DNA of 64,000 bases, from positions 67,404-131,403 of the forward strand of contig CASEFL010000003.1 of NCBI GenBank assembly GCA_949287245.1, written 5' to 3'. Position numbers and translations under genes: made by a program. Origin of the DNA: an uncultured Bacillota bacterium (GTDB taxonomy: Bacteria > Bacillota_I > Bacilli_A > RFN20 > CAG-826). Shown piece after piece: positions 1 to 9,416 of the stretch. Within the stretch, counting starts at the first letter, position 1. Every line of letters starts with the position of its first letter. Below the pieces are notes generated by a model. The model did no database searches. It saw only the letters and a program-made list of their open reading frames with translations, and had not been told where the DNA came from.

Positions 1-46
1 TGCGGATAAATCCATGGTTTTGCGCCAAAAGAAACTTTCATAAACA

Positions 47-1105
47 TTAACGAAGCGTAACAACTGCTTCAATACCCTCCTTAATTAACGTAAGTGTGCT
101 ATTTTGAATCTGATTAAATCCTGATGATGAACTTCCTTCTCCTACCCAATCATCAATCTCTAAATCAATTCCGGTATATTCTCCTTCCACAAGAACACCG
201 CAGCTGATGAAGTAAGTGTGATTTTTTACATAATCAAAGGTGTATTTTTTATTTTCTAAATCCGATAAATAAATTGTTCTAGTTTCTTGTTCTTTAAAAC
301 CATAGACATACTCATTATCTCGTAAATTAATAAAAAGTTGGCTGTCCTCATATGAAGAACGATTTTCAAAAGATAAAGTAACAGAGAAGGTTTCTAACTC
401 TAATGTTCCATATTCAACAACAGTAAATTTTCTCATAAGCGTGCCAAGAGAACTATTATTTGGATCAAGATGTACATAGATATAGGTTTCTCCTGGTTGA
501 ATTTGCTTTAAATCAACAACAAGACGACCACCAATAATTGCGGAAGAATTGCTTGCTTTTATGGGTTTAAAACTAATCGCCTCTTGAGGAATTACCTCAG
601 AATTAGACGTTTGAATATCTTCCTTAATACTACTAATCCAGTTTCCCGAACTAATTCCAGGAAAAGACAAGGGTATATCTTGAGTCACTTCCCGAGACAC
701 TTCTTGGTCAATTTTACTTGCCGTCGATAAAACACCTGTAACAGAATCTCCCCAAGCTAAATGATCGTTAAGATCATCATATTCCCCTGCTTCTGCCATA
801 AAAACGCTAATTTCCACATCTTCTTCTGGCATTATGAAGGAATAACCAAGAGAACCTTCCGTAAGAGTTTCTCCATTCATCTTAACTTCATCAACAACAT
901 AAAAGATTGATGTACTTTCAACATTAAAAAGAATATTGGAACCTGCTTGCCCTTCTTCAGCAAGATTTGTGACTTCATAATATTCTCCTTCTTGATAAGA
1001 AATAGAATAAATACTTGGATCCTCTTCTCCAGTAGTATCACAACCTGCCATAACGCCCATACCAAAAAGCGCGACTAAGGCAAATAAATACCATTTCCTT
1101 TTCAT
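47..1105 (-). CDS. Acidic lipoprotein with an InlB B-repeat-like domain, function unknown
   Basis: Signal peptide with lipobox MAG-C; YSFIMPEEDVEI resembles the B-repeat YTFTMPxxDVTI motif; GGAGG upstream. Confidence 0.6.
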   Translation of the reverse strand: MKRKWYLFALVALFGMGVMAGCDTTGEEDPSIYSISYQEGEYYEVTNLAEEGQAGSNILFNVESTSIFYVVDEVKMNGETLTEGSLGYSFIMPEEDVEISVFMAEAGEYDDLNDHLAWGDSVTGVLSTASKIDQEVSREVTQDIPLSFPGISSGNWISSIKEDIQTSNSEVIPQEAISFKPIKASNSSAIIGGRLVVDLKQIQPGETYIYVHLDPNNSSLGTLMRKFTVVEYGTLELETFSVTLSFENRSSYEDSQLFINLRDNEYVYGFKEQETRTIYLSDLENKKYTFDYVKNHTYFISCGVLVEGEYTGIDLEIDDWVGEGSSSSGFNQIQNSTLTLIKEGIEAVVTLR

Positions 1106-1664
1106 TTTGAGTCTTCCTCCTTACTTCTAAATTAATTATACGAGACAAAAGAATTAGACGAAAAATTTAAAATAATAATTTTCTAAAATTGAAAATATCT
1201 GATGTTTTTTAAAGAAGATGTTAACAATGCTTGTAACATCAAATAACAACTGAAAAATCTTTGTTTTCCTTCTTTCGCCATTAAGGGAGTTTATTCTCAT
1301 ATAACGCTTATTTTCAACAGGCGAAATCTAGATAACCAGAAAACAACAAAAAACAGTTTGTATTTTAGTTTGCAAACTTCTAATAATCTCAATGATTTAA
1401 GGATTTTAATATATATATGCAAGATGTCGTCAAGGTTTTAAATATTTCGGCTGAAACAAAAATTTTCGATAAACACGAACTCTAAATAACTGAGCCTTGC
1501 CATCAATAAGGGTCTCTTTATATTTTTAATTTATATTAAAAGGAAGTTTGCTCTAAAGTGTTATTGCAGTAAGCATCAAGTTTTTATGAATAGTTTTATC
1601 CTAGGTTTGGTTCCTTTTAATTTCTAGGTGCGAGATCACAAAGATAATCAGTAACATATGATAT

Positions 1665-1694
1665 AAAAAACCTCTAACGCTTAAGCATTAGAGG
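1665..1694 (-). terminator. Intrinsic terminator after tRNA-Ala
   Basis: CCTCTAACGC-TTAA-GCATTAGAGG hairpin followed by T6 on the minus strand. Confidence 0.75.
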
Positions 1695-1711
1695 CACATT
1701 TTCATTGAAAT

Positions 1712-1787
1712 TGGTGGAGATGACGAGATTCGAACTCGCGACCTCATCGTTGCGAACGATGCGCTCTACCAACTAAGCTACACCCCC
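1712..1787 (-). tRNA. tRNA-Ala(CGC)
   Basis: 76-nt cloverleaf GGGGGTGTAGCTTAGTTGGTAGAGCG-CATCG-TTCGCAA-CGATG-AGGTCGCGAGTTCGAATCTCGTCATCTCCACCA; G3:U70 Ala identity pair; encoded CCA. Confidence 0.97.
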
Positions 1788-1799
1788 ACGGCATGGCGC

Positions 1800-1828
1800 A
1801 TTATAGGTGCGATGTTTTTTTATAGCAA
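1800..1828 (-). promoter_or_regulatory. SigA promoter of tRNA-Ala
   Basis: TTGCTA-17 bp-TATAAT, 12 nt upstream of the mature tRNA. Confidence 0.75.
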
Positions 1829-1841
1829 GAAGGAAAAGTTT

Positions 1842-3116
1842 TTATTCTTCTAACAAATAATTTTCTTCCGTAGGGGTTTCTTCATAAGTAAGTTCTCCTT
1901 TTTGAAGAGAAGAAAATTTCCCTGTAATTTTGTTAACCGTTACGGTAAATTCTCCAGCATCCTTTTCTAATTTTTTAATACGACCACTTAAAGCGGACCA
2001 CCGTGCCTCAAAACGATTAAATTCTTTTCCTAGTGAAAGAAGGTTTTTCCTTATTTCTTCCGAGGCCTTATTCCGAGCAATTTCTTGTTCGTTAGAATGA
2101 ACTATAACAATTAAAGCAAGAAGGATGGTCGGTGAGGCAAAAAGTACTCCTTTTTCTGCATATTCATGAATGACTTCACTAAATTCATTTTGAATTGTGG
2201 CATAGATTCCTTCGGAAGGAATGAATAAAACAGCATATTCGCAAGTGCCAGGTTGACCCACATATTTGGTAACTTGTTTGGCTTTTTCTTTCACGGCATT
2301 TTTAAAGATTAATCGTTCTTCTTTTGCTTCTTCTCCTTTGTTCTCTTTTTCTAATAAATCTTCATAGGCTTCATAAGGAAATTTACTATCAATGCAAAGA
2401 CGAACTTCCTCTTCCCCTCCTTGAAAAAGAATTGCGGCATCAGGAATTAATGTGCCATCTGTGCCTTTTAAGGGGGTTTGTAATTCGAATAATCCTTTTG
2501 CCTTACCATTAGGAAAAACTTTTTCTAATAACATTTCTAATTGCATTTCTCCATAACGACCACGGGTTTGATTACCTTTTAAAACCGTATTTAAAGAAAT
2601 TACATCCTTTTGCAAAGCATCCAAATGCTTCTGCGCTTCATCAATTTTTGCTAGTCGTTCTTGAATCTTTGACATGCTATCAAGGTTATCTTTAAAACCA
2701 TCTGTCAAAGAACTATTTACTTTTTCAGTAATCAAACGCAGTTTTTCTTCCATTTCTTTGCGCATGTTCTCACTGCTTTCGCGTAGTGATTTTTCTAAGG
2801 CCAAACGAGACTCAGCAAACTCTTTTTGTTCTTTGCTTTGTGATTCACTAACCGCTAAACGGAAACTTTGAAACTCCTCGGATAAAGACTTTTCCTGTGT
2901 ATGTAAAGCGTCTTTAATTGGCAAAAATTCATCTTTAATTTTACCCTCAATGATAAGCGGTAATTGTTCTTTAAGTGAGGTAATGCTATGTTCAACTTCT
3001 AAATTTTCTCCTTCTTTGCTGCTGTCTTTTTTATCTTTAAAGCGGTAAAAAAGTAATACACAAAGCAAAATGCAGGCAATTGCGAGCAAAATAAGAATTA
3101 TTGTTGTCTCTGTCAT
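1842..3116 (-). CDS. rmuC: DNA recombination protein RmuC
   Basis: N-terminal TM helix, coiled coil, RGRYGEMQLE, PDA..IDSKFP, VLFIPSEG, SPTILLA; start placed at the ATG after GGAGG. Confidence 0.92.
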   Translation of the reverse strand: MTETTIILILLAIACILLCVLLFYRFKDKKDSSKEGENLEVEHSITSLKEQLPLIIEGKIKDEFLPIKDALHTQEKSLSEEFQSFRLAVSESQSKEQKEFAESRLALEKSLRESSENMRKEMEEKLRLITEKVNSSLTDGFKDNLDSMSKIQERLAKIDEAQKHLDALQKDVISLNTVLKGNQTRGRYGEMQLEMLLEKVFPNGKAKGLFELQTPLKGTDGTLIPDAAILFQGGEEEVRLCIDSKFPYEAYEDLLEKENKGEEAKEERLIFKNAVKEKAKQVTKYVGQPGTCEYAVLFIPSEGIYATIQNEFSEVIHEYAEKGVLFASPTILLALIVIVHSNEQEIARNKASEEIRKNLLSLGKEFNRFEARWSALSGRIKKLEKDAGEFTVTVNKITGKFSSLQKGELTYEETPTEENYLLEE

Positions 3117-3214
3117 AGGAAAACCTCCATATACATTACTTTTTCTTTCCATAAACATCTTTCTTAACTGTCAAGACTCCAAAGAAAAAGAATGTCTTTC
3201 TAGTATATAGTCAT

Positions 3215-4456
3215 ATGGAAAGAAGAGTGGCCGTTATTGATTTAAAAAGTTTCTATTCTTCCGTAGAGTGTGTTTGCCGACATTTAGATATGTTCAAGAC
3301 GCCACTTGTATGTTGCGATCCATATCGTAGCGAGTCTTCGGTTGTCATGTCCGTTACTCCCTACTTAAAAGAAGTCTATGGTGTTCCTAATGTTTGTAGA
3401 AAAAGGGATTTGCCGAAAATTAAAGGGATGATTTTTGCGCGTCCAAGAATGTCTTATTATTTAAAAATGGCTGCAGAAGTCATACGAATTTTTAGAAAAT
3501 ACGTCGCAGAGGAAGATATCCATGTTTATTCTGTTGATGAATCTTTTTTGAACTTAACCCCTTATTTGACGTTATATCAATGTAGTGCAGAGGAACTAGT
3601 AGAAAAAATTAAAAAAGACATTTATCAAACGTTAGGATTAATTGCAACCGCAGGAATTGGTGATTCTTTGTTTTTAGCCAAATGCGCTTTAGATCAACAA
3701 GGCAAGAAAAAAGCCCCTTACACGGCTACATGGACTGAAAAAGATAGCCGCGAAAAACTTTGGCAAATTAAAAAATTAACGGCAATTTGGGGCATTGCTA
3801 ACGGGACAGAACGGCATTTAAAACGCATAGGTGTTCGGACACCAAAAGAACTTGGTTTGGCCGATAAAAATCTTCTTGAGGAGGAGTTTGGTGTTATAGG
3901 CCATCAACTTCACTATCTTTTAAACGGACATGATGAAAGCGATATTCGCTCTCCTTATATTCCAAAAGAAAAAAGTTTGCATGTCGGCCAAACATTAATT
4001 CGCGACTATAAAAAAGAAGAGGCAATTTTGCTTATTAAAGAGATGAGCGATGATTTACGAAAAAGGTTACGACAAGAAGACTGCCTTTGCCGGAAAATTT
4101 TTCTTGGCATTCAATTCACCCATCCTTATGGTTTTTTTGGTAAAGAAGTAACTTTGCCCGTAGCAACAAATGGACGTAATCTATTAGAAAAAGGCTTCCT
4201 TTCCCTTTATTCCCTTGTTCCCAATTATCCGATTCGACAAATTTATCTTGCGATGAATTCATTAGAAAAAACAAAAGTAATACAAGGGTCTCTTTGGGCA
4301 AATGAACAAGAAGAAGAAAAAAGTCTTTCTTTAGACTATACCCTTGACTCGATACAAAATCTTTTTGGTCTTAATAGCGTTCTCCGCTGTTCAAGTTTAA
4401 AAAAAGAAAGTACAGCAAAACTACGCCATGAGCAGATTGGAGGGCATCGTCGATGA
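3215..4456 (+). CDS. Y-family DNA polymerase (UmuC/UvrX-like damage repair protein)
   Basis: IDLKSFYSSVE, PRMSYY, YSVDESF, GIG..LFLAK; C-terminal QIGGH typical of Firmicute UmuC-like proteins. Confidence 0.92.
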   Translation: MERRVAVIDLKSFYSSVECVCRHLDMFKTPLVCCDPYRSESSVVMSVTPYLKEVYGVPNVCRKRDLPKIKGMIFARPRMSYYLKMAAEVIRIFRKYVAEEDIHVYSVDESFLNLTPYLTLYQCSAEELVEKIKKDIYQTLGLIATAGIGDSLFLAKCALDQQGKKKAPYTATWTEKDSREKLWQIKKLTAIWGIANGTERHLKRIGVRTPKELGLADKNLLEEEFGVIGHQLHYLLNGHDESDIRSPYIPKEKSLHVGQTLIRDYKKEEAILLIKEMSDDLRKRLRQEDCLCRKIFLGIQFTHPYGFFGKEVTLPVATNGRNLLEKGFLSLYSLVPNYPIRQIYLAMNSLEKTKVIQGSLWANEQEEEKSLSLDYTLDSIQNLFGLNSVLRCSSLKKESTAKLRHEQIGGHRR

Positions 4457-4758
4457 AAGACCGCGGAATGATGAAATGGACCCCTTATCGCTCCTTAGTA
4501 GACCAAAAGGAAATCAATCAAGCTCTAAGCGAAGAATTAGCAGCAGAAGAAAAACCACATATTTCGCAAGATAAAGCGCAGGAAATAAATGAAATACTAC
4601 AAAACTATCATAATCAAAAAATAAATATCTACTTTTTCCGTCATAAACATCGACAAAAAATATCAGGAAATCTGCGCAAAATTGATGTTAATAATCATTT
4701 TTTGCTAATTGAAGAAGATAAAATATTCTTTAACGAAATTTATAATATTGAGGAATAA
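4453..4758 (+). CDS. YolD-like protein
   Basis: MKDRGMMKWxPY signature; ATGA overlap with the Y-family polymerase, the usual pairing. Confidence 0.88.
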   Translation: MKDRGMMKWTPYRSLVDQKEINQALSEELAAEEKPHISQDKAQEINEILQNYHNQKINIYFFRHKHRQKISGNLRKIDVNNHFLLIEEDKIFFNEIYNIEE

Positions 4759-4771
4759 AATCTCTAAAAAA

Positions 4772-5998
4772 TTAGATAGCGAAGTTTCCGTCCTTAAAAA
4801 GAACAATCTCTTTTCCATGTTCATCAACACCGACAATGCTTAAATCTGGTGTACCAATCATAAAGTCAACATGGCTTAAAGACTTATTAATACCAAAAGA
4901 ATGAAGTTCTTCTTGTGAATAATTTTCAAAATGAGGATAAAGATTGGTAAATCCTCTTCCTAACGCCAAATGGCAACAAGCATTTTCATCAAATAAAGTG
5001 TTATAGAAAAGAATGCCTGTGTTATTAATTGGAGAATCCCATGGTACTAAAGCACATTCGCCAAGATATGCAGAACCCTCATCTAAAGTAAGAATAGATT
5101 GCAAAGCATCGTTTCCCACTTCTGCATGTGCTTCAACAGCTTTTCCTTCATGGAACCTAATCCAAAAACGATCAATGAGTTGTCCGTTATAGTTTAAAGG
5201 CTTACTTGCATAAACAATACCTTCCGCTTCCCCTTTCATCGGTGAAGTAAAACATTCTTCACTAGGAATGTTTGGTTGAAAGAAAGCACCAGATAAGGTC
5301 TTTTCCCCACCAGCAAGCCATAAAACAGAAGGAATAAGCCCAACTTTTAAATCCGTGCCATTGCTGGCTTTATAATGCAAGGAACGCAAATGGTAAGAAT
5401 TTAATTTTGCACATTTTTCTTTTAAATCTTTTTCATGTGCTTCCCAATTTTCAATTCCATATCCAGTATCCGCACGAGAACTTTTTAAAATTGCTTTCCA
5501 AAGTTCATTAACAGCCTGGGTCTTCGTTAAATGAGGAAAAACTTTTTTTGCCCAAGGAATTGTTGGCGCACCAGCAATTGTCCATTGATAGCGATTTTCT
5601 CTTGCTTCAATATAATGCGCATTTTGTGCATGACGACGCGCTTTCACTTCTGCAATTTTACTCGCATCTAATCCTCTTAAACCATCAGGATCATCACCAT
5701 CAAGCCAAATCGTCACTGGAAGTTCATCTGTTAAAAAGGCTTGATATGCAGATTCATGAGGCAAAACATTTGCAAGATATCTTGTCTTTCCTAAACGATA
5801 TTCCGCTCGAGCAATACGACTGCTTTCCCAATTAACAAATACTCTTTTTGCCCCAAGTTTATAGCATTCACGTGTAACTAGTTCAGCAAAGTGTTCAAGC
5901 TCAACGTTGGCCCGAATAACAACATATTGTCCTTTTTGGACATTAGCACCGACTTTAGCAATTAATTCAGCATAATTTTTGAGAAGGGAAATTTTCAT
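4772..5998 (-). CDS. M29 aminopeptidase (AmpS/PepS/aminopeptidase T family)
   Basis: GANVQKGQ, NIPSEECFTSP, LGECALV, NTLFDENA..HLALG, HVDFMIG. Confidence 0.93.
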   Translation of the reverse strand: MKISLLKNYAELIAKVGANVQKGQYVVIRANVELEHFAELVTRECYKLGAKRVFVNWESSRIARAEYRLGKTRYLANVLPHESAYQAFLTDELPVTIWLDGDDPDGLRGLDASKIAEVKARRHAQNAHYIEARENRYQWTIAGAPTIPWAKKVFPHLTKTQAVNELWKAILKSSRADTGYGIENWEAHEKDLKEKCAKLNSYHLRSLHYKASNGTDLKVGLIPSVLWLAGGEKTLSGAFFQPNIPSEECFTSPMKGEAEGIVYASKPLNYNGQLIDRFWIRFHEGKAVEAHAEVGNDALQSILTLDEGSAYLGECALVPWDSPINNTGILFYNTLFDENACCHLALGRGFTNLYPHFENYSQEELHSFGINKSLSHVDFMIGTPDLSIVGVDEHGKEIVLFKDGNFAI

Positions 5999-6145
5999 TT
6001 TTAGCACCTCTCCATTCGCGGGGAAATGTTAACAAAATGATTTTTGGTTTCAAGTTTTTTCTTTTCAGAATAACAATTTTGTTATTTTTTCATCGATATA
6101 GCCTATTTGTAGTGATTTAAAGTAGAATAGATAAGGAGGATTTTT

Positions 6146-6805
6146 ATGGGTAAATTATCAACAAAACTTGAAGCAACTAGCTTCTCTCGTGGCTCCAAAA
6201 AATGGGCAATTTTAACTCTTATTGAAGCTGCGTTATGCTTGGCTGTTGGCTGTGTCATCATTGCTTTATATAGCAAAACTTTCCAAGTCATGTTTCCTGC
6301 ACTTGGAAGCCTTCTTATTGTTATGGGCTGTTTGAGAATCTTCTTAAGTTTTTTGCCTATTCTTACCGCTAGGAATAAAGATTCTGAAGGTAGAAATCGC
6401 GTACGAGACAACATTCGTTATGGAATGCTTATTGCTGCATGTATTTATCTAGCTTTAGGCATTGGCTTAGTTGTCTTACATTGCACAGGCAACACCGCAG
6501 GTATCCAACAATTTTTACAGACAGCCATCACTTTAATTGCAACCGCCTTTGTTACTTTAGGAGCCGTTGCTATCTTGTTTGGAGTTGCTCTTTTTTACGG
6601 AAAAGTAGAAAAACTAGGAATCAAAATCGCCATTTTCATTGTCGGTCTTGCTGCGTTAGCGGGCGGAATTGTTCTCTTTATCTATCAAAATCAAACAAGT
6701 TTTATCTTACAAGCTTTGACCATCATTATTGGTGTTCTTGTTATTGCATTAGCGATTCTATTTATTTATGACGCGATCAATAGCTTAGCGAAGAAAAAGA
6801 AGTAA
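6146..6805 (+). CDS. Six-TM membrane protein (HdeD/DUF308-like)
   Basis: Three pairs of hydrophobic helices; strong AAGGAGG RBS. Confidence 0.6.
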   Translation: MGKLSTKLEATSFSRGSKKWAILTLIEAALCLAVGCVIIALYSKTFQVMFPALGSLLIVMGCLRIFLSFLPILTARNKDSEGRNRVRDNIRYGMLIAACIYLALGIGLVVLHCTGNTAGIQQFLQTAITLIATAFVTLGAVAILFGVALFYGKVEKLGIKIAIFIVGLAALAGGIVLFIYQNQTSFILQALTIIIGVLVIALAILFIYDAINSLAKKKK

Positions 6806-6815
6806 GAAATAAATT

Positions 6816-6842
6816 AAAAACGCCGCAAAACGGCGTTTTTTT
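6816..6842. terminator. Bidirectional intrinsic terminator
   Basis: AAAAACGCCG-CAAAA-CGGCGTTTTTTT between convergent genes. Confidence 0.9.
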
Positions 6843-6855
6843 GTGTCATTTTTTG

Positions 6856-7464
6856 TTATTTTGCTAATCTATCCGCACCGGTAAGTTGAAGAAAATGCGG
6901 AAGTTTCTCACACCAATCACAAAATATGTGCCACTCTTTTAATTTATGGTGCCGGCGCTGTATATACATTGTTTTTAATTGCTGATAATTTGTAACCATT
7001 GTAGCCGCAAGCATAAATCCACAAGGAAGAGAAGCCACTAAAGTTCGCCACTTCTCTTTTGCTTCTTTGCTATTTGCTTCATCAACAGGAATTTTTTGAT
7101 ATTCATGAACGAGTTCTTCTATCCTCGATAGAATAAAAGGATCGGTTTCTTCAACGCATTGTTTTCGTACGTCAAACTTTAATAAACAATGCATTGTGGA
7201 TTGAGAAGAAATAAAATCAAACCAATGATAGCGCTGTGCTTCTTTCCACCAATATAGAGGAGCTTTAATATCCACTTGAACAGTAATTCCTTTTAAAAAA
7301 TTATCGTGTCCTAAACCATTTGCCGCTTGTCCTAGCCTTGCTGCCCGTAAATAATCTTTTTCAGTTGAATCCGTTACATCTAAAACGGTTCGCATAGGGT
7401 TTCCTGAGGCTTTGACAGCGCGATCAAGCCCATAAACGCGTTCATTTCCTATTTCGTATCCCAT
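6856..7464 (-). CDS. ThyX-like (flavin-dependent thymidylate synthase fold) protein with non-canonical motif
   Basis: GHDNFL..ITVQVDIKAPLYWWKEAQRYH-WFDFISSQ-S-TMH, LPCGF, TNYQQL..MY.QRR..KLKEW parallel the ThyX blocks; GAGGAG RBS; overlaps the folD 3' end. Confidence 0.65.
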   Translation of the reverse strand: MGYEIGNERVYGLDRAVKASGNPMRTVLDVTDSTEKDYLRAARLGQAANGLGHDNFLKGITVQVDIKAPLYWWKEAQRYHWFDFISSQSTMHCLLKFDVRKQCVEETDPFILSRIEELVHEYQKIPVDEANSKEAKEKWRTLVASLPCGFMLAATMVTNYQQLKTMYIQRRHHKLKEWHIFCDWCEKLPHFLQLTGADRLAK

Positions 7465-8261
7465 ATTTTTCTCCTCTTTGCTGCTTCCCATAAATTTTCC
7501 ATTAAAGCTAAGCGTGTTAATAATCCAACTCCTTTAGGGACGGGAGTTTGAAGATAAACATCTCGATTAGGAAGAATATCACCATGTAATTTTTGATCTT
7601 CCCCACGATTAATACCAACATCGATTAAAACCGATGATTTTTTAAAGTTAAAACGGTCGTCTAAAAAATGGATTTTACCAATGGCTGCGACAACAACATC
7701 GGCATGAGCAATATAAAATTTCTCATCTTCTAACGAAGTGCGGCTATGCAAAACCGTAACATTCATATTTTCTTGAAGAAGAAGTTTTGCCATTGGTTTA
7801 CCAACAATTTCACTTCTTCCTAAAACAACAGCGTTTTTACCCTCTAGAGGAATTTTTTCTTCTTTTAAGTACATTAAAATCCCTTTCGGTGTGCAAGGAA
7901 TATATGGGGACTCTAGTGAAAAACCGTCAACATCTTTTTCTAAGGGTATGACCTTTTTAACGGAGGATGGCGAAATCGTTTTCGGCAAGGGAAGTTGAAC
8001 AATAATGCCATCAATTTGTGGTTCTAAAGCTACTTCTTTTATCTTTCTTAAAAGTTCCTCTTCTAAGACATCCTCAGGAAAAGAAAAAAGCGTTGTCTTA
8101 AAACCAAGTTCATCTGCATCTTTTCGTTTTCCTCGGATATAAGTATCGCTAGCGCTATCATGACCAACTTGAAAAATAGCAAGGTGCGGACAACGATTGG
8201 AGGAAAAAGCAAGTTGTTTTAGCTCACTTTTCCTTAGACGCACAAAATCTATAATTTCCAT
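7449..8261 (-). CDS. folD: Methylene-THF dehydrogenase/methenyl-THF cyclohydrolase
   Basis: YIRGK, DGIIVQLPLP, KDVDGF, PCTPKG, GRSEIVGKP, IDVGIN, TPVPKGVG. Confidence 0.96.
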   Translation of the reverse strand: MEIIDFVRLRKSELKQLAFSSNRCPHLAIFQVGHDSASDTYIRGKRKDADELGFKTTLFSFPEDVLEEELLRKIKEVALEPQIDGIIVQLPLPKTISPSSVKKVIPLEKDVDGFSLESPYIPCTPKGILMYLKEEKIPLEGKNAVVLGRSEIVGKPMAKLLLQENMNVTVLHSRTSLEDEKFYIAHADVVVAAIGKIHFLDDRFNFKKSSVLIDVGINRGEDQKLHGDILPNRDVYLQTPVPKGVGLLTRLALMENLWEAAKRRKIWDTK

Positions 8262-8287
8262 GCGCAAAATTATATCGCTTAGAAAAG

Positions 8288-8310
8288 AAAAAACCGAGCC
8301 ACGCTCGGTT
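8288..8310 (-). terminator. Intrinsic terminator after secG
   Basis: AACCGAGC-GTG-GCTCGGTT followed by a T-run on the minus strand. Confidence 0.85.
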
Positions 8311-8322
8311 GAAATTTAAAAC

Positions 8323-8634
8323 TTATAAAATAAAGGGCAAAAATAATGCAGCAACAGATGCAGACTCAGTGGCAGACTCAGTATCGCCACCACTCCCCGT
8401 CGTACTATTAACAACCATAATCAATAAAGCCAAGAATAGCCAAACGATAGCAAAGCCAAAAGTCATCCAAGAAATAATTTTCTCGCTTCCTCTTTCCTTA
8501 CGTTGGGCAAAAACGTTCAATCCGCCACCAGTAATCGCACCGGAAGCGCCTTCACTCTTACCTCCTTGCAAAAGAGCAAGAATAATGACAATAAGAGAGA
8601 CAATAATGAAGATGTAATCGTACCACTGTAGCAT
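8323..8634 (-). CDS. secG: Preprotein translocase subunit SecG
   Basis: TM1-LLQGGKSEGASGAITGG-F..KERGSEK-TM2. Confidence 0.93.
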   Translation of the reverse strand: MLQWYDYIFIIVSLIVIILALLQGGKSEGASGAITGGGLNVFAQRKERGSEKIISWMTFGFAIVWLFLALLIMVVNSTTGSGGDTESATESASVAALFLPFIL

Positions 8635-8765
8635 AAATAAATCTGCGCATTTTTGCGCGTCACTTAATATAGAGATATAAGCTTCCTTTGTCTATGAAAA
8701 CTTCCAATTCTTTTTATAAAAAAGAAAAATCAGAAATTGCTCGTAAAGAACGGAAATCAATACTT

Positions 8766-9416
8766 TTACTTGGATTCTGTGGGGATTTTTAACTGATTAA
8801 GAATTGAGGTAAGGTCAAAATACCCTTTTTGAGTTGTGGGAATAATTTCCTTACTTGCGCGGTTTACCAGATAACTATCAATTCCGGCACGCTTAGCGGC
8901 TTCTAAATCTTGAAGGCTATCACCAATATAAACGGCTTCCTCTTTACTTATTATAGGAAAAGAAGATAAAGCTTTATTTAAAGGAGCCGGGTTTGGCTTT
9001 GTCTCAGGACAAATATCAGAGCCAATAACACAAGAAAAATACTCGTCCCATCCATAATACTTCAGCACCTTATGAACATGAGTTGTGGTATTCCCTGTCA
9101 CAATAGCTAGTTTACAACAAGCTTTATCACATCTTTTTAACGCGTCCAAGGTTTCAGGAAATGGCTTAATTAAAGATATAACGTCATCATCATCTAAAGC
9201 GTCCACAATCTTTTCAACAAAAAGAGGAATAAGATTTTCTGGAACTTTTCTTTCCATAATCGTCTCCCCAAGAGAATGATGCATATGATGTGCACATTCC
9301 TCTTTTGTGCACTCCATTCCGATGGCAGCAAACCCTCGTTGATAAACCAAAACAAGAGACTCATAAGTATCAAATAAAGTCCCGTCAAAATCATAGATTA
9401 CTAACTTCTTATTCAT
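8766..9416 (-). CDS. HAD-IA hydrolase (phosphoglycolate phosphatase-like)
   Basis: DFDGTLFD, KPNP, YIGDSLQDLEAA. Confidence 0.9.
   Translation of the reverse strand: MNKKLVIYDFDGTLFDTYESLVLVYQRGFAAIGMECTKEECAHHMHHSLGETIMERKVPENLIPLFVEKIVDALDDDDVISLIKPFPETLDALKRCDKACCKLAIVTGNTTTHVHKVLKYYGWDEYFSCVIGSDICPETKPNPAPLNKALSSFPIISKEEAVYIGDSLQDLEAAKRAGIDSYLVNRASKEIIPTTQKGYFDLTSILNQLKIPTESK

Noticed and set aside
1-1711. Integrated element at the tRNA-Ala 3' end
   Set aside because: No integrase and no duplicated tRNA 3' end within the window
6856-7464. ThyX-like gene as a prophage remnant
   Set aside because: No phage genes nearby, and it is translationally coupled to folD
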